DNA of 64,000 nt, taken from positions 114,515 to 178,514 of the forward strand of contig CAMYNN010000001.1 of assembly GCA_947259735.1 (NCBI GenBank), read 5' to 3'. The stretch is from Thermodesulfovibrionia bacterium (GTDB taxonomy: Bacteria; Nitrospirota; Thermodesulfovibrionia; UBA6902). The notes below the pieces were generated by a model. That model worked only from the letters and a program-made list of their open reading frames with translations. It did not search any database and was not told the origin of the DNA. This document shows positions 34,733 through 41,922 of this stretch, piece by piece (within the stretch, counting starts at the first letter, position 1; the number at the start of each line of letters is the position of its first letter). A program made the translations under genes and the position numbers.

Positions 34733-34802
34733 TTTCATGTCAACATATTGACGAAGCAATGAAATTCGCTCTTTCATGGTCAATAGAGACTGTATTGACG
34801 AT
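34733..34802 (+). promoter_or_regulatory. Two TTTCATG...ATTGACGA(A/T) units upstream of a sigma-54 promoter (putative enhancer/UAS)
   Basis: TTTCATGTCAACATATTGACGAA (34733-34755, containing the inverted repeat GTCAA-N4-TTGAC) and TTTCATGGTCAA-N10-ATTGACGAT (34772-34802). They lie ~95-160 nt upstream of the -24 element at 34896. Confidence 0.4.
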
Positions 34803-34894
34803 ATATGCAAATATCTCTTTAATTTACATAAATACAGACAGTTACAGTATAAGACCCCAAGTAAACTCTCTCCCTTTGCAATCCTATTAGATTT

Positions 34895-34910
34895 TGGCAA
34901 GATAATTGCT
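34895..34910 (+). promoter_or_regulatory. sigma-54 promoter upstream of the 591-aa Maf-N/CgeB gene
   Basis: TGGCAAGATAATTGCT has GG 34896-34897 and GC 34908-34909. It lies ~55 nt upstream of ATG 34966. Confidence 0.6.
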
Positions 34911-34965
34911 TTATACCATGCGTGGATAATTTTATGACGGGATTGCTGTTTCCTTGAAAGATACA

Positions 34966-36729
34966 ATGACATTTAAAAAAAACATGGCAGTACTCAAAAA
35001 GTACGATAGACACCTGGCTCAAGCTGTCTTAAGCACACAATGCGGCTCGGATATTGAGCTTGTCAAATCAAAAAAAGGTATTCCCTCGCTCCGGGTCAGC
35101 AATATAAGTCTTCACAGTCTTTATGACCCTGTGAAAGAGGCAATAACATGGGTCGAACACCATGCAAAAGAGCTTGGAAATGCGGGAGAGATACATGTCC
35201 TCGGCTTCGGTCTGGGGTATCACCTGCTGGAACTCAGCAAAGCTTCGGACAGGAGCATAATTGTTTATGAACCGAGGCTGGATATCATAAAAAAAGCAAT
35301 GGAATGTGTGGATCTGACATCTCTCATTTACCGGGTCAAAATTGTAACAAAAAATGAGGTGGCTTCTGTAAAGGACTCATTCGCCATTTTGCCGTACAAA
35401 CCCTCAGTAAACCTGAACATGGCATATTTCGAAAATATTCAGGATAAATTGAGATCTCTTCAGTCAATAAGCAGGGGCCTGAGGATCGTTGTGGTAGGAC
35501 CGATATATGGAGGTTCTCTTCAGATTGCCGGTTATTGCTCACGGGCACTTATCAAGATGGGCCATACCGTGGAATTTATAGACAACAGCCGATTTTCCGA
35601 TGATCTTTTTCTGGCAAGGGACATATCGGGAGACAGTGAGAAGTACAACAAACTGTCAGAGATTCTTACCACCTTTATATCGGAGATAATCATGGCGCGG
35701 TGTGAGGAGTTCAGGCCGGACATCGTATTGTCCCTTGCGCAGTCTCCCTTGTCTCCGGAATGTCTCAAACGTCTGCAGCAGAAAAAAACCAGATCAGCAT
35801 ACTGGTTTGTCGAAGATTTCAGACTCATGGATTACTGGAAAAAGATTGCACCTCACTATGATTTCTTTTTTACAATCCAGAGGGAACCTTTCTTTGCAGA
35901 ACTCGAAAAGGAAGGCATCAGGAATTACTCATACCTTCCCATGGCTGCCAGTCCGGAAATTCACCGGCCCCTGGAGCTGGCTGAAAGTGAACGGCAGAGT
36001 TACGGGAGCGACCTCTCTTTCGTGGGTGCCGGATACTATAACAGGAGACATTTCCTGAAAGGATTGCTCGATTTCGATTTCAGGATATGGGGCTCAGACT
36101 GGGACATGAATTCTGCGCTGGCGCCATGCATTCAAAGATCAGGGCAGCGAATGGAGACGGACGAAATAGTGAAAATATTCAATGCAACGAAGATTAATAT
36201 CAATCTTCATTCATCAACCTATCACAGGGGAATACATCCATTCGGGGATTTTGTGAATCCGCGGACATTCGAGATAGCAAGCTGCGGCGGATTTCAGCTC
36301 GCAGACCGGCGATCAGAGATGGATGATCTCTTTGAAGAAGGCGAAGAGATTATTCTCTATGACGATTTGAACGACCTAAGAAACAAGGCGGCTTATTATC
36401 TTGCCCGCTCCGGGGAAAGAGAAAGGATAACCCGAAATGCCAGAAAGAGAATTCTGCAGGATCATACCTATGAACAAAGGATGAAGGAGATGTTAAAGAT
36501 TGTCGCAGAAAGAACTCTTGAGCCAACCCTCTGGTCTAATGAAGGTGAGAACGTGCAGTCCCTTCTTGATGAGGCGGAAGATGATGCAGAACTTTCGAAA
36601 TATTTGTCCCGGTTTTCAGAAAGGAAGAGGGTGTCCCTCTCCGGGATTGTTGAGAATATCACGACAGGAGAAGGCGACTTAAACAGAATGGAAACCCTCT
36701 TTCTCATGATGAATGAGTTTGTTCGGTAA
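34966..36729 (+). CDS. Maf-N-like module fused to a CgeB-like glycosyltransferase (paralog of the C-terminal half of the 1205-aa protein)
   Basis: The track starts at TTG 34954; ATG 34966 gives MTFKKNMAVLKKYDRHLAQAV. It shares LHSLYDPVKEA, VLGFGLGYHLLELSK and the C-terminal FEIASCGGFQLADR...ARKRILQDHTYEQRM with 30997-34614. Confidence 0.75.
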   Translation: MTFKKNMAVLKKYDRHLAQAVLSTQCGSDIELVKSKKGIPSLRVSNISLHSLYDPVKEAITWVEHHAKELGNAGEIHVLGFGLGYHLLELSKASDRSIIVYEPRLDIIKKAMECVDLTSLIYRVKIVTKNEVASVKDSFAILPYKPSVNLNMAYFENIQDKLRSLQSISRGLRIVVVGPIYGGSLQIAGYCSRALIKMGHTVEFIDNSRFSDDLFLARDISGDSEKYNKLSEILTTFISEIIMARCEEFRPDIVLSLAQSPLSPECLKRLQQKKTRSAYWFVEDFRLMDYWKKIAPHYDFFFTIQREPFFAELEKEGIRNYSYLPMAASPEIHRPLELAESERQSYGSDLSFVGAGYYNRRHFLKGLLDFDFRIWGSDWDMNSALAPCIQRSGQRMETDEIVKIFNATKININLHSSTYHRGIHPFGDFVNPRTFEIASCGGFQLADRRSEMDDLFEEGEEIILYDDLNDLRNKAAYYLARSGERERITRNARKRILQDHTYEQRMKEMLKIVAERTLEPTLWSNEGENVQSLLDEAEDDAELSKYLSRFSERKRVSLSGIVENITTGEGDLNRMETLFLMMNEFVR

Positions 36730-36735
36730 TAATAT

Positions 36736-38478
36736 ATGCAAGAAATACTGATTATAAACCTGACGCGTATGGGCGACCTCCTGCAGACGACCCCTTTAAT
36801 GGCCGGGCTGAAGGAGCACTATCCTGGATCCAGAATTACGCTGCTGGTGAACACGGCATTTTTCGAAATATGTAACGGAATCCCCTATATAGATGAACTT
36901 ATTGACTTTGATATGAATGACTATCGAAACAGGCTCACAGAAAAAAAACATTCTCTTGTTGAGAACTATAAATATCTGGAAGATTTCATAAGCCTGCTCG
37001 GAGGCAGGGAATATGACCTTGCAATCAATATTACTCATTCGCCGATCAGCGCACTGTTAACGTCTTTCCTGAATGCCGCAGAAGTAAGGGGATTCACTAT
37101 TGACTCGGAAGGCCACAGGGTCATAAAGCATCCGTGGATGAGATATTTCTTTAATGTAATCCCGAACAGAATCTATAATCCTTTTCATCTGGTGGATATG
37201 TATCTGAAAATAGGGGGGGTAAAATCTGAAATAAAAGAGCTGACATACAGTGTATCGGAAAGGGACGATGCAAGAGCTTCAGCACTGTTAACGAATGCGG
37301 GGATTTCAAAGGGCGATGTGCTTATCGGGTTTCATCTTGGCGCAAGCAACAGTGAAAAGACGTGGCCCGTTTCATCCTATGCCCGGCTCGCAGAGATGAT
37401 CGTCGAAACGCTGGGAGCAAAAATAGTATTGTTTGGCACTGAGGGAGAGAGAACCCTTTCTGAGCAATTTGAAGAGATTGCAAGCGTTACCCCATTGAAC
37501 CTGGTCGGGCGAACGAGTCTGGGAGAACTCGCAGCATTGCTGGGGAGATGCGGCCTCTTTATCAGCAACGATACTGGGCCGCTGCATATTGCTACATCGG
37601 TCGGTACGCGAGTTCTTGATATTTCAACTGCAAATGTCCATTTCATGGAGACCGGTCCTTACGGAGAAGGTCATTATGTGATACAGGCAGACCTCGCCTG
37701 TTCACCCTGCGGATTTGATGTTCGCTGTAATGATATGGTGTGCAAATCCCATATTCAACCGTCTGCTGTTCTTGAAGTTGCCCGGATTGCTTTGAATCAG
37801 GACAGTGAACCTTCTGGGTCAGACGCTGCCCGTTGGGAGAATGTGCAGGTATACCGGTCACGAATTAAAGAAGATGGATATCTTGATTATGCTCCGCTCG
37901 TTAGACGTCCGTTGGACAACAAGACATTCTATCGCATTCTCTATAGACATGTCTGGAATATGGAAACTGATGGGCAGGAGCGGATGGGCGAAGAAATATA
38001 TGAAAATATTATGGATGAAATGAATGCTTATGATAGCTTCTGTGACTTTCATGAAACAGCCCTCTCAATCGAAGCTGATGTTGACAGTCTCAAAAAGCTG
38101 GTAAATTTGTCAGGTCAGGGCATGGAACAGACGGGACGCATTTTCAGGGAAAGTGAAAAAAAAGACATAAACATTGAAGCGTTAAAGGTGCTTCTGGGAA
38201 AAGTCGAATCCATAGATGCTGCAATCGAGCTCGCAGGACACACGAATCCATGTCTCAGGCCGTTCGTCGTGATTTTCAAATACTCAAAGGAGGCATTGGA
38301 GGGAAATGATTTAAGTGAAGTATCTGAAGCTTCCCATGCAATGTATCGAGAATTAAATCTCCGGGCTGACATGATGCATCAATTAACAGACAGGATCATA
38401 GCTCTGATGAAATCTACATCAGAGGGAGGGGCGGGTGAATGTGCAGGGGGGCAAGCAGGGATCCTGAATGTGTGTTAA
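36736..38478 (+). CDS. GT9 (heptosyltransferase-family) glycosyltransferase with a ~200-aa helical C-terminal extension
   Basis: N-terminus ILIINLTRMGDLLQTTPLMAGLKEHYPGSRITLLV and the later GTEGER...LVGRTSLGELAALLGRCGLFISNDTGPLHIA are classical ADP-heptose:LPS heptosyltransferase-family motifs. Residues ~380-580 have no recognised family. Confidence 0.75.
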   Translation: MQEILIINLTRMGDLLQTTPLMAGLKEHYPGSRITLLVNTAFFEICNGIPYIDELIDFDMNDYRNRLTEKKHSLVENYKYLEDFISLLGGREYDLAINITHSPISALLTSFLNAAEVRGFTIDSEGHRVIKHPWMRYFFNVIPNRIYNPFHLVDMYLKIGGVKSEIKELTYSVSERDDARASALLTNAGISKGDVLIGFHLGASNSEKTWPVSSYARLAEMIVETLGAKIVLFGTEGERTLSEQFEEIASVTPLNLVGRTSLGELAALLGRCGLFISNDTGPLHIATSVGTRVLDISTANVHFMETGPYGEGHYVIQADLACSPCGFDVRCNDMVCKSHIQPSAVLEVARIALNQDSEPSGSDAARWENVQVYRSRIKEDGYLDYAPLVRRPLDNKTFYRILYRHVWNMETDGQERMGEEIYENIMDEMNAYDSFCDFHETALSIEADVDSLKKLVNLSGQGMEQTGRIFRESEKKDINIEALKVLLGKVESIDAAIELAGHTNPCLRPFVVIFKYSKEALEGNDLSEVSEASHAMYRELNLRADMMHQLTDRIIALMKSTSEGGAGECAGGQAGILNVC

Positions 38479-38513
38479 ACATTGAGAGTAATATTCAACA
38501 AGAGGAGGAGGAC

Positions 38514-38948
38514 ATGAATGAAGTAAAGAAAGTAATTGAAAGGCCGGAACTTATCAACGCTATACGGGAAAGTATCAGCGATGCACGATATTCAGCAACA
38601 AAACTTGCAGAAACATTTACCGGCAATATCCAGCACCTGAGGCTTGAAGAAAGCGAAAAGGTGTTTACGAATCTGACGCAAAATATTCAGGACCTCGCGT
38701 GTTTTGTAGAATTTGTGGATCAGCTCAGAGAAGGAGTTGATTACTATAATGGATTTGGCCTGCCGCCGGACCCTATTTCGGCCGATAATTCGGGTTTGGA
38801 CCTGTTTCAGGAGATGCATACTGCCATGGCGTCAAAGGACTGGGTCATGTTGTCTGACCTCATAGAGTATGAACTCTCACCTTTACTGCAAAAAGAGGAT
38901 GAGTGGCTTGGGGCCCTTGGTGAGAAAGTACATGAGTACAGAGATTAA
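38514..38948 (+). CDS. Hypothetical helical protein (144 aa)
   Basis: ATG 38514 follows AGAGGAGGAGGAC (the track starts at 38439, overlapping the GT9 gene). No family recognised. It is the last gene of the island before the stator operon. Confidence 0.5.
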   Translation: MNEVKKVIERPELINAIRESISDARYSATKLAETFTGNIQHLRLEESEKVFTNLTQNIQDLACFVEFVDQLREGVDYYNGFGLPPDPISADNSGLDLFQEMHTAMASKDWVMLSDLIEYELSPLLQKEDEWLGALGEKVHEYRD

Positions 38949-39039
38949 TGTGAAGATAAATAAGGAACAGGTCAATTCCCCTCACTCCAGACGCCTCTTC
39001 ATCGGTTCTGGGAGGGAGAGAAAGGAGAAATAAAATAGA

Positions 39040-39675
39040 GTGGATAAGAGTGAATTCAAAGTTCTTATTGCAGAAGATGACCAGATAGTACAGGACGTTA
39101 TTGTGAACTTTCTCTCTGAAGAAGGCTATCCCGTTATTGTTGCCAATGACGGTCTTGCTGCGCTTGAGATCCTCAGGATGGAAGACATAAAACTGGTATT
39201 GACCGATCTGAGAATGCCGGGCGCTGACGGCATGGAAGTGCTCAGAACATCGGTACAGATGAACCCGAGAATTGCAGTCGTGCTTCTGACCGCCTACGGA
39301 ACACTTGACACGGCGCTCGAGGCAATGAAAGAGGGCGCATATGACTATATTGTCAAGCCCTTTGTGATGCAGCAGCTGCTGCTGGTTGTAAGGAATGCCT
39401 ATAAACTGGCGTCTCTTATCAATGAGAACGAGACGCTTTCACATCAGTTGAAAGAGACGTACCGGTGTCTGGAAGCGTGCAGGGCCTCGCAAAAAAGTGG
39501 GGATGACAGCAACGCACCTGACTACGCAGAAGGCGCTGAGAAACAGGAGGTACACAACGCAATGAATACCAGAGAGGCCGATTCACTGAAAAGGGGAGCC
39601 TTCTCTGATAATGAAGACAACAGCTTGAAAAAATACAGCGACCTTGTAAATGATTTAAAAAATGATGACCAGTAA
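39040..39675 (+). CDS. CheY-like response regulator (receiver domain + acidic/low-complexity tail, no output domain)
   Basis: GTG start after GGAGGGAGAGAAAGGAG. KVLIAEDDQIVQDVI...LVLTDLRMPGADGMEVL...AYDYIVKPF receiver signature. Confidence 0.85.
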   Translation: MDKSEFKVLIAEDDQIVQDVIVNFLSEEGYPVIVANDGLAALEILRMEDIKLVLTDLRMPGADGMEVLRTSVQMNPRIAVVLLTAYGTLDTALEAMKEGAYDYIVKPFVMQQLLLVVRNAYKLASLINENETLSHQLKETYRCLEACRASQKSGDDSNAPDYAEGAEKQEVHNAMNTREADSLKRGAFSDNEDNSLKKYSDLVNDLKNDDQ

Positions 39676-39735
39676 TTTTGGGAGAACCGGTATGATTGCA
39701 ATGGGATTGAAAATGAGACAACGTGGGAGGCAATA

Positions 39736-40341
39736 ATGTCTGATGAAAAAAAGGAAAAGACGGCAGAGCAGGAGAAGAGAAACTTCTTCAGGGTAGACGA
39801 TATTATTTCTGTAGTAGCAAGCCCTGTGCAAATTGACGAGAAAAGCTTTCAGGGTTTTGCTGAAACAGCTATGAGCTCAAAGGCATTTTCTCTTATGGAT
39901 GTTACAGGTATATCGGAGCCGGTTCCTGATGAGATTGTTTCGGAACCTCAGGACAATTCAAGACTCTACAGAATGATGACGGAAATAAAAACCAAACTCG
40001 ACTTTATCATTAATCATATAATGCTCGAAAAAGAAGGGCTGCTGGAGCCCGAAAAGAAATTTGTCAATATCAGCGCTTCAGGAATCCGATTTACTGTGGA
40101 CCACCCCGTCAAAGAGGGCGATATTATGGAGATCAAACTCCTCCTGCCTACCTATCCGCCTGTGGCTGTTTTTGCATACGGCGAAGTAAAGAGGGTAATT
40201 GATCTGCCGGATAATCAATATGATGTTGCCATTGAATACATTAACATGGAGGATTCCGTGAGAAATGAGATTGTGAAGTACACCATGTCTCATCAAAGGG
40301 AAACAATCAGAAAGCGGAAAGAAGCGGGATCGAATGAATAA
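39736..40341 (+). CDS. PilZ-domain (c-di-GMP receptor) protein with a long insertion between the two binding motifs
   Basis: RNFFR (RxxxR) occurs near residue 15 and NISASG (D/NxSxxG) near residue 121, which is ~100 aa apart rather than the usual 20-30. The stop overlaps the motA ATG (ATGAATAA). Confidence 0.7.
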   Translation: MSDEKKEKTAEQEKRNFFRVDDIISVVASPVQIDEKSFQGFAETAMSSKAFSLMDVTGISEPVPDEIVSEPQDNSRLYRMMTEIKTKLDFIINHIMLEKEGLLEPEKKFVNISASGIRFTVDHPVKEGDIMEIKLLLPTYPPVAVFAYGEVKRVIDLPDNQYDVAIEYINMEDSVRNEIVKYTMSHQRETIRKRKEAGSNE

Positions 40342-41095
40342 AGCGAGTGTCATCGGCCTCTTTCTCGGTATTGCCGCAGTTATTGGAGGAAACACCCTCG
40401 AGGGAGGAAGTATCGGTTCCATTATGCAGGGTTCCGCTGCTTTAATTGTTTTTGGAGGTACGATTGGTGCAACATTCCTTAGCTTTTCCTTGAAGGATAT
40501 AGTACTTTCAGTCCGGATGCTGAAAAATGTATTTATGGGCGAGAAACATTTACCCGAGGACCGCCTTATAATCCAGGAAATGGTTGCCTATGCGAATAAG
40601 GCAAGGCAAAAGGGAATAATATCTCTGGACGGCGACATTGACAATATCAGGTACAGCTTTTTCAAGCGTGCCCTCAGACTTATGATAGACGGTATAGACC
40701 AGAACATGCTGTACAACTCACTTGAACAGGACAACAGGACCTTCGAGCAGGACAGGGGGAGGGCAGCAAGGGTTTTTGAAGCCGCCGGCGGGTATGCCCC
40801 GACAGTAGGGATAATCGGTGCCGTTCTCGGCCTTATTCACGTTATGGAAAACCTGAGCGATCCGACCAAACTCGGTTCAGGGATAGCAGTTGCGTTTGTT
40901 GCCACTGTGTACGGGGTGGCTTCCGCAAATTTAATATTTCTCCCGATTGCAAAAAAAATGATCAATAACATGAAACAGGAAATCATGCTTCGGGAGATGA
41001 TCATCGAAGGAGTGATCGGGATACAGGCTGGAAAAAGTCCTTATTACCTCAAGGAACAACTGAGTTCCTTTCTGTCCAATGACCATCGGGCATGA
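40334..41095 (+). CDS. motA: Flagellar stator protein MotA/PomA (253 aa; stator set 1)
   Basis: Four predicted TM segments. C-terminal signature GGYAPTVGIIGAVLGLIHVM...GIAVAFVATVYGVASANLIFLPIAKK. Confidence 0.85.
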   Translation: MNKASVIGLFLGIAAVIGGNTLEGGSIGSIMQGSAALIVFGGTIGATFLSFSLKDIVLSVRMLKNVFMGEKHLPEDRLIIQEMVAYANKARQKGIISLDGDIDNIRYSFFKRALRLMIDGIDQNMLYNSLEQDNRTFEQDRGRAARVFEAAGGYAPTVGIIGAVLGLIHVMENLSDPTKLGSGIAVAFVATVYGVASANLIFLPIAKKMINNMKQEIMLREMIIEGVIGIQAGKSPYYLKEQLSSFLSNDHRA

Positions 41096-41211
41096 AATGA
41101 ATAATATGATGTCCGTTGAAAAACATTGTCTCTGCTGTTTTGATGTAATGCATGAAATCGTGAAACCGGGTGAGAGAGAACTGCTCCCCTGCTTCCCGTA
41201 CTGACAGAATA

Positions 41212-41922
41212 ATGAGAAGAAGGCGAAAGAAAGAGGAAGAACATGAGAATGTTGAACGCTGGATGGTTTCCTACGCAGACTTTGTTACACTTCTGTTCTG
41301 TTTTTTTACTGCAATGTATGCGATAAGTAATATCGATTCTGACAAACTTGGAAAGTTTGTCGATTCCATGAGGTCTGCCTTTCATGTGGAAGGGGCGCGT
41401 GGAAATGCGCTCTCAGTTATTGAAGGAGTTCAGATATTTGTTCCTGCCAATGTCGAGGTAGAATCTGACGTAAAAGACATTCTCGGAACATTTATAAAGG
41501 AATCGAAGGGTTCTATTGATGTCACAAGGGATACCCGGGGTGTCGTCATGTCCGTTGCGGATAAATATTTTTTCCCTTCGGGAAATGCCGGACTGAAAGA
41601 TGATTCCAGGGATATAATGGACGAAATAGCATCCATTCTTCATAAGTATCCCAATATGATCAGAATAGAGGGTCACACGGACAATGTTCCAATACATAAT
41701 GAAAAATTTCCTTCAAACTGGGAACTGTCTGCCGCAAGAGCGATCAGTGTTGCAAAATATTTTGTCGAGAACCATAATATTCCACCGGGCAAGTTATCAA
41801 CAATAGGCTATTCAGAGTACAAACCGGTCGCGTCAAACGATACTCCGTCGGGAAGGGCGAAAAACAGGAGGGTCAACATAGTCATTCTCAGTGAAGCTGA
41901 AAGCATAAAAGAACCCAGATGA
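41212..41922 (+). CDS. motB: Flagellar stator protein MotB/PomB (stator set 1)
   Basis: The track starts at GTG 41170; ATG 41212 gives MRRRRKKEEEHENVERWMVSYADFVTLLFCFF (conserved channel Asp in YADF). C-terminal OmpA-like peptidoglycan-binding domain (IRIEGHTDNVPI...NWELSAARA...NRRVNIVI). Confidence 0.85.
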   Translation: MRRRRKKEEEHENVERWMVSYADFVTLLFCFFTAMYAISNIDSDKLGKFVDSMRSAFHVEGARGNALSVIEGVQIFVPANVEVESDVKDILGTFIKESKGSIDVTRDTRGVVMSVADKYFFPSGNAGLKDDSRDIMDEIASILHKYPNMIRIEGHTDNVPIHNEKFPSNWELSAARAISVAKYFVENHNIPPGKLSTIGYSEYKPVASNDTPSGRAKNRRVNIVILSEAESIKEPR

